Below are positions 47,801 to 55,950 of a stretch of 64,000 nucleotides of DNA, in pieces. Both the position numbers and the translations under genes were made by a program. The stretch lies in assembly GCA_905171695.1 (NCBI GenBank), contig LR991653.1, forward strand, positions 1,338,150 through 1,402,149, in the 5' to 3' direction. Numbering within the stretch: position 1 is the first letter of the stretch; every line of letters begins with the position of its first letter. The stretch is from Candidatus Methanoperedenaceae archaeon GB37 (GTDB lineage: Archaea; Halobacteriota; Methanosarcinia; Methanosarcinales; EX4572-44). The notes beneath the pieces were generated by a model. It did not search any database and was not told where the DNA came from. It saw only the letters and a list, made by a program, of their open reading frames with translations.

Positions 47801-49873
47801 GTAAAATATCTTCGCACAAGTTTTGAGATCGACAGGTATGAGTTTGGAGAAGAAGACTTCATCGATGATTTCGATGCTGACAGCAGGGTCTATCGGGAGG
47901 TTCCATGGGACGAATACACCGAGCCATATAACATCACAGTCTGGATCGATCCTTTTTACGAGATATCTGAAGGCAACGAGGACAACAACAATGAGACGGC
48001 ACGGGTGTGTGCGGATCTTGTGGCAGAGAAGATAGATTTTGTCAGCCCTGCTAAAAACAAGATGAGTCTTGATGCAGAGAGATTCATCATCGACGGGTGT
48101 ATCAGAAACGGCGCTGCTGGGGGTGGTATAGTATTCCCTGTCAGCGACTTCAATGTCACACTCGATGTCATGAAGAGACATCCAAATGGCACACTCGGCG
48201 AGAGCGTCTTCAATATAACAAAAGAGGTAGAAGATCCAGTCTATGCCGGAGAGAAGAAGATACGGTTTGAGTTTGATCCAGAAGATAAGTTCGAAAGTGG
48301 TGGGAACTACACGATACGATTGATCGCAGACTCCACAGATGATGTGTGCGAGTCAGACGAAGAGAATAACCTGATATCAGTGAATATATTTGTTTACAAT
48401 TCAAGCGGATACACCGGGGGCGGCGATCTGATCCCGGCTGCGCATGGGGAGGTGCACGGCAGGGTGGTATACACGATCGGGGACAGTTCTCTCCTTTCTC
48501 TGGAACCCGGGAGTGAAGGGGTCGTCAAATACCCTGATTTCATCCCCAGTACCGCAGACGAGATAGAACTTGCACGGCTCTTCGTGTACTGGTACACGTC
48601 TCATAAGGACCCAGTTAGGCCCGGGTGCTATCTCCCGGAGATGGCTGATGTGGATGTGAGATTCAATGGTCACAGTCTCACCATGGCTGGGAACTATTCT
48701 GATAACCCCGGTGCCACAGATTTCGATTTAGGCTATGGACTCTACAGTTACGATGTGAAAGATCACTTCAGAGACGGCGAGAATGAGGCAAGCATAACGA
48801 ACAAAGCGGACTGGCGTACGGGTGTGCATGCGATCGGTCTTCTTGTGGTCTATGAGGATGAGGATGAGCCGCTCACCAAGTACTGGGTCAATGAGGGTGC
48901 TGATATCATGATGGCTGCAAATGCCAGGTACCCAACAGGCCTTCCAAGTGGAGACTGCGTCACAAGAGCGTCATTTGAGGGCGTTGAACGAAACGATACA
49001 GAGAATGTCTGCGCATCGCTGCTGACTGTTCTTGGCATGTATCGCTCATACGATAGATCAGATCTGTTCTCGAATGAAGGTGATGCGCTTGAGTTCAATG
49101 ACCAATCGATCGGATCCAGGATAGGGACAGGCCACTGGGTGTATCATTACAATGGGAGCGGGATAGCCCTCACAAAGAACCAGTGGGAGGACGTGGCTGA
49201 CCACTTAAAGCGTGGAGATAATATTGCCACGATCCGCAGCCTTGGCAATTACATGATGCCGAACAACGCATTCCTCCGCCTGATCTTCCCGCCTGATCTC
49301 AACGTGATCAATATGACCGCTCCAGAGTACACACCGATCGGGATAGAGCACTCGATTGATGCCACGATCAGAAACGATGGCAGGAGCGATGCTCATGACT
49401 TCAATGTGACATTCTACATCGATGGAATGAAGATGAGGAGAATCCCGCACCTCGATCTTCCAGCGGGCGGGTCGATGACGCTCCACCTCTACAACTGGAC
49501 ACCCATGCTGCCCGGTCATGTGTACAACCTCACGGCTGCTGCTGATCTGCTATCGGGTGAGGACTGGAGAGAAGTTGAGATCAATAACAATGCTCTGAGC
49601 CAATACGTGATCATCACAGAGGGAGGCTGGGGGAACGAATCTGGTCCTGTTGGGTCAGGCGGGAAGAGCGAACGGACGGGTGGTATCTTCACCGAGAGGA
49701 TCACCGGGCGAGTGATGAACAAGATAATATCGGCGGCTCTTGGAGGGGGTGGTGGTGCAGGCATCTTCTCTATGCGGGAGTGGATCCTAAAGCTCGGGAT
49801 GCTCGCCCTCTGCGCACTCACCTTTGGCGTTGGGTACTGGAGAGAGCAGCGCAGGCATAATCGCAGGATGTGA
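41855..49873 (+). CDS. Giant (2672 aa) cell-surface protein with at least a dozen CARDB-like repeats, a signal peptide and a C-terminal TM anchor
   Basis: N-terminus MKMQHLSLGLLLLGIITTSAVPS. The repeat-ending motif D-x(3-6)-E-x-[ND]-E-x-NN recurs (DESDEMNNAT, EEQDEENNNLS, SEFNESNNAS, LESDESNNEL, HETNESNNTA, SENSEDNNYA, GEINESNNEI, YEMNESNNEM, SEGNEDNNNE, CESDEENNLI ...). The C-terminus has a GGGGGAG stretch, a hydrophobic helix and RRHNRRM. Confidence 0.8.
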   Translation: MKMQHLSLGLLLLGIITTSAVPSTQVTNTSNQPTPFLIYGEVFYENNTQVDAPRVVVTNLNTSRELVAENHSGENFYQVITTTSEIHPGDLLLISAEKDGRPVGSVNRTITMNESRAGVLIVDINRGLPDLRVIGIFPPQCIFDSRNNTVNATIANNGTTPAGGFNVSLAVNGDLFERARIESLNTGCTENLTFNWTPVERGNHTLTVTADSDGEIDESDEMNNATSVSVLVGAPDLTVTDISVKGYVLDPEYPDETVPVFEYPNNVTATILNRGRLSADAMVEFCSELNISSTPIIRFFTGYGNSSNDTITQPNASRTRVHFISVNPGAYSYVNICDEENNTVETIGNHRSDYWSNWVDGDTLRVHARIASTSDYISFVIDKYEYVFADASVSIAANKSVNITRVWHADPPRFTNETGTRYVMIPCYTLSVIADPADTLCELDKSNNTYRREARLYYPYDFTITNITFSPEHPREGDPVTIDAAMRNNGFRSIDARVAFYIDDSILAGESVYFRANKTEHVTAIWNALPDINHLRWEHNITVVVDPENEIEEQDEENNNLSRVMNITLPNLTITEITTDPEEPIIGDTIAVTATIRNDENRTANTTAWFCEENSSIRLTGSVNRPKSRVIEFDEVITHEDAIMMRAYCTIHGGVDASGGTLKVYLNDRQVLTCTGGNFNWSGWTSWTSGSTKMINITVKGDNVPDNDFHVDYSIDKYQAVFGNTSIVIPANESVNQSMNWRVTQKNPRLIVTTSNATNSTDVSVSGTDIAVQDLSISDDLLWDGDVVNITAVIANFGRMNASNITVAFYDVPLDAGNQTVLIAKRDIASLDAGESRDITVPWIASLKVGRDISYNHTIQVKTMPEDSYIEDNPENNTIYSNTIMVKRSRDFSLTDISFSMNNETLDPVNLSIGELLTINATIDATNLASCGGSVEVSCYLDNTLINITTVSFPAGNETVDAEFEWNVRAHGNHTITVIADPENNISEFNESNNASSQDIYIRASDITVTDLTFDPARPEEGEPVNITATVSNLGNKDASDVTVRFIDESFTDTEDVQIPLNAGDEKNVTVRWNATPAGEHIITAVIDPKNENLESDESNNELSRTLIVQGADLTVSDLRLEINGTEVKTSTVITAGRVVNISAVVKNIGIRPARNLDVSFCVNDMEIASRTNLSLNITESVNVSARWNATIGNHTIAVVADPEKRIHETNESNNTAVRDMWVEGADLLVTNISCLVIPPDGAAINDTGSVLYDTDTLLINATIANRGILSADNFSAHIFYETGGTGGFGKLKDECGTGSWIWINRTVDGAECVYVNIQDAINIKDNIKIYDCNGRLIACPEGDGWYYVDGDEANVYFQSKHGVGIRMSFYAGEIHRYDQLNILANQSNNLAVEQQVSTGDHAIRVFIDPENNVSENSEDNNYADHALVVYPARDFVVSNMQIFHNESPIDLNDTIMDGDTVLANATLRMDINESDPYHEYRTGVVDLLSINEHEWVSITPRSVLTPYGYAKMITYPGADAIRVHFDELTLPWAGCVEIRNSSGAVEWTRCWKSKDKFDHNSSWVEGDTIYVYKVEKPTASTPVWGRTTFSIDKYQYRKLNHTRVLLGAGSTRKITTLWDVSAGNHTLQVLTDAEDVVGEINESNNEISRKLQVEACEDPGVLNITFTPQKPGAGSDVLINTTITNFGNRTANFTVDLWAEKIEYHPFESPHDEEFPVGGKYTWEIPSTYPDADWMGIHFKKISMSQRVGETTIKRNLYVWDENDTIVDNFCGSEESDVWVWVRGDRVKLRTTKCDMFPGYHVWGFNITEHGYRIILNHTILTLAPNETATVTGRLSNVRAGNHSMNYTIYASLDMNNTVYEMNESNNEMVRVLNISMPDFTVDIHPPTAYSGIRAAFRNIGSGSTSARILFSRDVDYSVRKSGSWYTVVPEDPIQDDIDWTRLHFKELNIRAGGYMEVGGRRYEESESDFWSPWVAGDRARVKYLRTSFEIDRYEFGEEDFIDDFDADSRVYREVPWDEYTEPYNITVWIDPFYEISEGNEDNNNETARVCADLVAEKIDFVSPAKNKMSLDAERFIIDGCIRNGAAGGGIVFPVSDFNVTLDVMKRHPNGTLGESVFNITKEVEDPVYAGEKKIRFEFDPEDKFESGGNYTIRLIADSTDDVCESDEENNLISVNIFVYNSSGYTGGGDLIPAAHGEVHGRVVYTIGDSSLLSLEPGSEGVVKYPDFIPSTADEIELARLFVYWYTSHKDPVRPGCYLPEMADVDVRFNGHSLTMAGNYSDNPGATDFDLGYGLYSYDVKDHFRDGENEASITNKADWRTGVHAIGLLVVYEDEDEPLTKYWVNEGADIMMAANARYPTGLPSGDCVTRASFEGVERNDTENVCASLLTVLGMYRSYDRSDLFSNEGDALEFNDQSIGSRIGTGHWVYHYNGSGIALTKNQWEDVADHLKRGDNIATIRSLGNYMMPNNAFLRLIFPPDLNVINMTAPEYTPIGIEHSIDATIRNDGRSDAHDFNVTFYIDGMKMRRIPHLDLPAGGSMTLHLYNWTPMLPGHVYNLTAAADLLSGEDWREVEINNNALSQYVIITEGGWGNESGPVGSGGKSERTGGIFTERITGRVMNKIISAALGGGGGAGIFSMREWILKLGMLALCALTFGVGYWREQRRHNRRM

Positions 49874-49981
49874 ATAAAAAAGGGAAGTGGATGAAAGAAA
49901 CAACTCTCTTCCGTGCGGTGGATGTAGATATAGCTAACAAAGTTAAAAGCAATTTAGAATAAGGTGAATAAACCAGCAAGG

Positions 49982-50101
49982 ATGGAGTCAGATGTGATAA
50001 GAGTAAAGATATTGAACAGGGATGAAATTTTAACTGAGGAGGACCTGGAGAATATTTTGGAAGCAATAGACGAGAGAGAAAGGCGATTGCTAAGAGCTTG
50101 A
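49982..50101 (+). CDS. Small putative antitoxin-like ORF (39 aa)
   Basis: MESDVIRVKILNRDEILTEEDLENILEAIDERERRLLRA. It lies 13 nt upstream of the RelE-like pseudogene and is below the ORF-track size cut-off. Confidence 0.3.
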   Translation: MESDVIRVKILNRDEILTEEDLENILEAIDERERRLLRA

Positions 50102-50114
50102 TGAAGTGTTTAAA

Positions 50115-50363
50115 TGAGCTTTAAAGTAGTCTTTTCACATAAGAGCTATAAACAGATAAAATCCTTCAATGAATAACTGAAAAAGAGAATAAAGAAGGAT
50201 GCTATTGAAATCGGCAGTTATCCGTGGCATAGAGGAACTATAAAAGTAAGAGGTTATGAAAAGATGAGAGGGAAGAGGATGGACAATTACAGGATGCTTT
50301 ATACCGCTGATAAGAGGCGAAAAAACGAAACCGCATATATGGTTGAATGCATAGCATCTTAGA
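50115..50363 (+). pseudogene. RelE/ParE-like toxin with an in-frame TAA at codon 21
   Basis: MSFKVVFSHKSYKQIKSFNE-TAA(50175-50177)-LKKRIKKDAIEIGSYPWHRGTIKVRGYEKMRGKRMDNYRMLYTADKRRKNETAYMVECIAS. This follows the RelE pattern (..F.....KQLKKL......RI...I..L...P...G.K.L.G....YR.R.GDYR.iY.id). Confidence 0.55.
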
Positions 50364-51480
50364 CTTAGAACTCCTCATTCTACTTTTTTGCAAGTGTTAT
50401 CGATTTTGTTATCTTTTTGAAGGTTTTAGTAATAGTTTCTTTAAGTTCTTTTATATTCAGTGGTGTTTTCTCTGAAATTGCTCTTTTAGCACTCTTCTAG
50501 ACGTTTTCAATCGGATTTAGATTAGGTGAGTGAGGGGGGGATAAACCAGTGAAATGTTCGGTTTCTCGGCTTCTTTCTTTATCTTCCTGGTATGTTGTGT
50601 TCTGAGGTTGTTCGGGGTGATTACAATTCTCTTTTTTCAGGTTTTGCTTCCCTTATCTTTCTGGGAAAAGAGACGCGGAGTCTTCAGCCTTGCTGCTCTT
50701 GGGAGACTCTATTGAGCTTTCTCTGTTCAAGGTGTAGAATCCTGTAACTTTGGTTTTGATGTATGTAGCAACTCTTTTAACTGGTTTTCCGAAGCTTCAC
50801 AGCCTTGCTCTGTTTGCGTTCGCTTCGACTGCCATCTTATCGATGAATCCTATTTACGTCATCCTCGATTTCAGCGTCGTCAAGGGTTTTTAAAGTGTCT
50901 TCTGCATTATCTGGCTTCCTGTAATCCTTCTGGTACGGTTTGGCGTATCTCATTCCAAACGATTTTAGAATTCTTCTGACCTGCCACGAAGAATAGCTAA
51001 CTCCAAATTCTGCTTCAATGAGCTCTTGAACTTCCTTCGTTGTCCAGGAATCCTTTTTCTTGAGCATTTCTCTGAGTTCTTCCTTCTGCTCTTCTGTAAG
51101 TTTAGAGGGTCTACTTCCTCCATAGTTCGGTTTTAAGCCTTCGTAACCGCTAGAATTCCACCTTTTAAACCATGCATAGCCCGTTGCTTTAGTGACCCCA
51201 ACCAGTTCAGCAACTTCCTCAACACTCATCACTCTGTAGAGATATCTTATAAAGTATAATCTTTTGAGAACTCCTGTATCCTTTTCGAGCCTCTTGATCC
51301 TTTTGTCGAGTTCTTCTGCTGGTATGCGTTTTGCAACTTCGTAGACTCGCTTTCTGCCCACATATTTTGTTGCTTTGTTTTAGTATAAATAGCTCTGCTC
51401 AAGACCATAATTTGAAGTTTCATACAATTAATATATTAATGAATATTAGTGAATCCAACACATTTTATAAATATATTTAA
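50364..51480 (-). mobile_element. Degraded IS630-family element
   Basis: ORF 50837-51361(-) encodes only the N-terminal HTH part of an IS630 transposase (..MSVEEVAELVGVTKATGYAWFKRWNSSGYEGLKPNYGGSRPSKLTEEQKEEL...WTTKEVQELIEAEFGVSYS.WQVRRILKSFGMRYAKP). The region 50364-50836, where the DDE domain should be, has no long ORF. The ends are not defined. Confidence 0.6.
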
Positions 51481-51524
51481 AGTGTTTATGTGTAGACAGA
51501 GCGCTGAGAATGGATGAAAGATGA

Positions 51525-52214
51525 GCCGCTCTGAGCCTCCACTGGCGAGCACGATGCTCAAGGCAGTCTCGCTCGCACGCAGCATTCTGCCTTCAAGAGC
51601 TGAGAGAGACAAGTGTCGATGGAGTCATACTTGTTGACAACCAGTTCCTGAAACAGGCAGGAAAGGACATCAAAACTGCCTACGACAGCATAAACAGGAT
51701 GGTTGCAGATCGCTTCCTCTTCTTGATCCGCGCACTCGACAGTGAGATGATGATGGTAACAGACCTTGGAGACTTCAACACCCTGATGGCAAGCGGAGCC
51801 AGACTCGCGACCTTCGGATTCGCAAAAGGAGGGAAGAATCAGAGCATAAAAGACGTAATCAAAGAGAGCATGTCACCAAGAGGACTCCTCTTCTCAACGC
51901 AACCATACGAAGAAGCAGTGCGAGCAATGATAATCATACAGGGCGACAAAAAATACCTCGATATAAACGAGATCACGAGCGAAGTCGAGACACTCTCGAG
52001 CAATGTGGGACACGTCTTCAAAGGCGTACTCATACGAAACCGAGAAGAACCACAAGTCCTGACCATATTCTCACTATCAGCATCAGAAGAACTCGACAAA
52101 TTCTACCTTGAAGCAATCGAAGCCATCAAAAAAGAGAAAGAACAGAAAGAAAGAACAAAAAGCCAGAAAGAAGTAGCAAACGACCTGCTCAAAGGAATGG
52201 AACCAGAATACTGA
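51525..52214 (+). pseudogene. 5'-truncated tubulin/FtsZ-family (CetZ-like) gene remnant
   Basis: The open frame from 51525 reads ...VDGVILVDNQFLKQAGKDIKTAYDSINRMVADRFLFLIRAL...DLGDFNTLMASGARLATFGFAKGG...PRGLLFST.PYEEAVRAMIIIQGDKKYLDINEITSEVETL... This is the C-terminal half of an FtsZ/CetZ fold. The GTP-binding N-terminal half is absent. Confidence 0.5.
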
Positions 52215-52319
52215 CGAGAACGCCACGGGACACTCCAAGCGAGAACCCGCATAAAAACAAGCGAAAAGAATAAAAAGCATAATGATAATAATCACTAAAC
52301 AAGGTGGGCACAGACAACA

Positions 52320-54209
52320 ATGATAGAAGCAATCAAACAAATCGGGGAATATGCGATAGGGAGAGAAGGGAAGAGTGTTGACGATCCCCTTGACATTCTT
52401 GTGGATAGTCCTGCAAATAGAGATACAAAAAATGTGTTGTTTATTGTTCTTAAATGTGAGGGAGATGGTTTTAGTTATAAAGGTGTGGATGTTGAAGAAT
52501 ATTCAAAATATGATAAAGAAAAATATCTATATAAAAAGGGCAACCCAAGGGGTACGGACATCACACCAACTGCAATGATAACTGATGTGAAAAAAACGTT
52601 TGGAAATAAAATATTGAACTGGTTTAAAAATTATGATGAAATTGGATTGGATGAAAATCAAAATTTCTTGGTCAAAATCGGTAATTGTATTAGAAATAAT
52701 AGTGAACAGATATTAAAGGACCTAGAAGAAAAGCAGAGCAAGGAAAACAATATTATTAGCTTGAGGATCGACAATAAATATCTATATGATTTTAAGATAT
52801 TTCACGATATATTATTAGATAAAGCAAAAGAAAATTTTTATTCAAAATATGGTAAAATATCAAAATCTGAAAATCAGATATGTTCGGTTTGCAATGAAAG
52901 AAAGGCGGAAGTCTATGGTTTTGTGGATACATACAAGTTCTACACCGTCGACAAACGAGGTTTTGTAAGCGGGGGATTTCAGCAGAAGAATGCATGGAAG
53001 AACTATCCTGTGTGTTTAAATTGTGCACTAACACTTGAAGAAGGTAAAAAATATTTGCAGAATAATCTTAAATTTAATTTTTATGGTTTTAATTATCTTT
53101 TAATTCCTAAATTTTTAAATAATGTAGATAAATCAGTACAAGAAGACATTTTCAAAAGAATAGAAGAGCAAAATGACCCAAAATTCAGGAAAAAAGAGAT
53201 AAACAGGCTAACAGCCGATGAAAATGAAATATTAGAATCAATGAGTGAACAAAAGAACTATTTAAATCTGAATTTTATGTTCTACGACGCTCCTAAGGGA
53301 GATAATGGCTCCGTTTTTAACATATTATTATACATTGAAGATATTCTGCCATCGAGGTTGAAGACCTTATTCAACGCAAAAGTAGGTTGTGCAGAGGAGA
53401 ATATAATTGGAGTTGACCAGATTCAGATCTTTCAAGAATGCATGGTGTCTACGTTTGAAAATAAGAAAAAAACTGGAGAAAAGCCACTGGAGTTTAATTT
53501 TGGAATTTTAAGAACGTTTTTCCCAAAAACTAGCAATAATGGAACTTATGATAAGTATTTTTTAGATATCACAAATAAAATTTTCACAAATAAAACAATA
53601 GATTATTATTTCTTATTGAATTTTATTATGGAGAAAATAAGAGATGAGTTTGCCAATGGTTACCCAACTAAGGTTTCAACATTGAAAGGATTCATGTTAT
53701 TAAACTATTTAAATAAATTAAAGTTAGTGAATCTTGGTGAGGAGAGAGAAATGGATGAGAACAGATTAAACATGTTTGAAAAAAGCGTTTCAAAGGAAGT
53801 AACGGATTTAGATCAAAAAATTGATACATTTTTTAATGAGTTTTCAGATTTCTTTAAGAGTGATGCAAAAAAAGCAATATTTCTTGAAGGAGTTTTGACA
53901 CAATTCCTGCTAAATATTCAATATCAGGAACGAAACGCCACCCCTTTTAGAGTGAAGCTGAAAGGGCTGAAGTTAGATGAAAAACAAGTCAAAAAACTTC
54001 TTCCAGAAATACAAAACAAGCTTGAAGAGTATGGAAAGAATTATTATAGAAATTTGGAATCGATTATTTCGAAATATCTCGTATCTGCAGGAGATGAATG
54101 GAATATGAGCAACGATGAAATAAGTTACTATTTTGTGCTTGGAATGAATCTTTCTTATTTATTTAAGAAAGAAAATCAGGATAATGAGATAGGTGATGAA
54201 AATGAGTGA
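52320..54209 (+). CDS. cas8b: Cas8b large subunit (type I-B, TM1802-like)
   Basis: 629 aa with MIEAIKQIGEYAI... and the zinc-ribbon-like CSVCNERKAEVYGF...KNYPVCLNC. It is followed directly by cas7-cas5-cas3. Confidence 0.75.
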   Translation: MIEAIKQIGEYAIGREGKSVDDPLDILVDSPANRDTKNVLFIVLKCEGDGFSYKGVDVEEYSKYDKEKYLYKKGNPRGTDITPTAMITDVKKTFGNKILNWFKNYDEIGLDENQNFLVKIGNCIRNNSEQILKDLEEKQSKENNIISLRIDNKYLYDFKIFHDILLDKAKENFYSKYGKISKSENQICSVCNERKAEVYGFVDTYKFYTVDKRGFVSGGFQQKNAWKNYPVCLNCALTLEEGKKYLQNNLKFNFYGFNYLLIPKFLNNVDKSVQEDIFKRIEEQNDPKFRKKEINRLTADENEILESMSEQKNYLNLNFMFYDAPKGDNGSVFNILLYIEDILPSRLKTLFNAKVGCAEENIIGVDQIQIFQECMVSTFENKKKTGEKPLEFNFGILRTFFPKTSNNGTYDKYFLDITNKIFTNKTIDYYFLLNFIMEKIRDEFANGYPTKVSTLKGFMLLNYLNKLKLVNLGEEREMDENRLNMFEKSVSKEVTDLDQKIDTFFNEFSDFFKSDAKKAIFLEGVLTQFLLNIQYQERNATPFRVKLKGLKLDEKQVKKLLPEIQNKLEEYGKNYYRNLESIISKYLVSAGDEWNMSNDEISYYFVLGMNLSYLFKKENQDNEIGDENE

Positions 54210-55182
54210 GATTATAGGAAACAGGTCAGAGTTGGTATTTCTGTATGATATAAAAGATGCAAATCCAAACGGCGACCCATTGGATGAGAACAAGCCAAGA
54301 ATAGATGAAGAAACTGGGATAAATGTCGTAACAGACGTTCGACTGAAAAGGACAATACGAGATTATCTCATGAATTTTAAAAATCAGGAGATATTTGTTA
54401 GAGAGATAACAGATGATGAAGGCAATATCCAAGACGCCAAACTAAGAGCAAAAGATTTTTTAAATGGTGTATCTGACTTGGAGAGTAAGGGCTTTAATGA
54501 GCAAAAAGAGATAATCAAAAACAAAATAATCAGTACCTGTATTGATGTGCGTCTATTCGGAGCTACAATACCTCTTGATTTGACAATAAAAGACGGGAAG
54601 AAGTTAAAAAGTGTTACAGGGTCCATCACTCTCACAGGTCCTGTTCAATTCAGAATGGGCAGGTCATTGCACAGAGTTGAGATGAAGCATATTAAAGGTA
54701 CTGGTGCCTTTGCATCGAAAGCAGGAGCAACTCAAAAAACCTTCAGAGAAGAAGACATATTACCGTATTCATTAATTTGTTTCTACGGCATCATTAACGA
54801 AAATGCAGCAAAACACACAGGATTAACAGAAGAAGATGTCAAACTACTTTTAGAAGGAATGTGGAACGGCACTAAAAATCTGATTTCACGAAGCAAAGCG
54901 GGTCAAATGTCGAGATTGCTTTTGAAAGTGAACTATAGAGAGAACGGATATCACATAGGTGATCTTGACAAACTCATCAGGATAAAAGATATTGAAAAAA
55001 TAAATCAGGAGAGTATACGTGATATTTCTGAAATTGAACTGGATGCAAGCGAACTTGTTGAAACATTGAATCGTAATAGAGATAAAATTGAAAGTGTTGG
55101 GATAAAAAGGGATGATAGAGTGAAGATCGATTTAAGTTGGTTGGACAGCACTATTCGACAAAACGAGATAATCTTTGAATAG
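54196..55182 (+). CDS. cas7: Cas7 (type I-B, Csh2/CT1132-like)
   Basis: LVFLYDIKDANPNGDPLDENKPRIDEETGINVVTDVRLKRTIRDYL is the canonical Cas7 N-terminal block. The start overlaps the cas8b stop (alternatives are 54193 GTG and 54202 ATG). Confidence 0.9.
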   Translation: MKMSEIIGNRSELVFLYDIKDANPNGDPLDENKPRIDEETGINVVTDVRLKRTIRDYLMNFKNQEIFVREITDDEGNIQDAKLRAKDFLNGVSDLESKGFNEQKEIIKNKIISTCIDVRLFGATIPLDLTIKDGKKLKSVTGSITLTGPVQFRMGRSLHRVEMKHIKGTGAFASKAGATQKTFREEDILPYSLICFYGIINENAAKHTGLTEEDVKLLLEGMWNGTKNLISRSKAGQMSRLLLKVNYRENGYHIGDLDKLIRIKDIEKINQESIRDISEIELDASELVETLNRNRDKIESVGIKRDDRVKIDLSWLDSTIRQNEIIFE

Positions 55183-55185
55183 AAT

Positions 55186-55950
55186 ATGAATCCAGAGCAA
55201 AGGATAGACAAATTGTTAGTATTTGATGTGTGGGGAGACTATGCTCATTTTAGACGATTCTATACTACTACGTCTCCGCTCACTTTTACTGTCCCTCCAC
55301 GAACTGCATTATGTGGCTTAATTGGTGCAATGATTGGATTGGAAAAAGAGAACAATGAGTATCTAAAATATTTCACTACGGACAAGGCATACATCGGTTT
55401 AAAGCTGCTAACTCCAGTAAAAAAAGTAATTATTGCTGAAAATTTGATACACACAAAGAATGCAAAGGGCATTGGGATGAACTTGATAACTGAAAGAACT
55501 CAGATAAATTTTGAGTTCTTGAAAGACCCAAGATATAGAGTTTATTTTTACCACGCGGATAAAGAGATATATCAACAGCTGAGAGAAAACTTAGAAGCTC
55601 ATAAATCTGTATACACGCCGTGTCTTGGTTTAAGTGAGAACATAGCGAACTTTGTGTTTGTTGGTGAAGTTGAAGCTAAAACTAACTCAAGTATCGATGA
55701 ATATGTTCAAATTGATTCCGTATTGCCGTCTGAAAAAATTGTTTGCGAGAAGGGTATCAATTTTAATTTAGATGGAGAATTTTTTTCAATGAAAGTTCCA
55801 ATAGAGTTGAATTTAGAAAGGGTTGTTACAAAGTATAGTGATCTTTTGTTTGAGAGAAATGGCAAACGGATTGAAGTTAAATTAGCAGAACCTTATTGGA
55901 CTATAGATTATGGAACTGGAACACAGGAAAATATCGTCTTCATCGAATGA
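55186..55950 (+). CDS. cas5: Cas5 (type I-B)
   Basis: LVFDVWGDYAHFRRFYTTTSPLTFTVPPRTALCGLIGAMIGL is the canonical Cas5 N-terminal block. Confidence 0.9.
   Translation: MNPEQRIDKLLVFDVWGDYAHFRRFYTTTSPLTFTVPPRTALCGLIGAMIGLEKENNEYLKYFTTDKAYIGLKLLTPVKKVIIAENLIHTKNAKGIGMNLITERTQINFEFLKDPRYRVYFYHADKEIYQQLRENLEAHKSVYTPCLGLSENIANFVFVGEVEAKTNSSIDEYVQIDSVLPSEKIVCEKGINFNLDGEFFSMKVPIELNLERVVTKYSDLLFERNGKRIEVKLAEPYWTIDYGTGTQENIVFIE

Noticed and set aside
42082-49821. Dozens of antisense or off-frame ORFs within the 8-kb giant surface-protein gene.
   Set aside because: Same reasoning as for cobN: the long frame has a coherent repeat architecture and the short ones do not.
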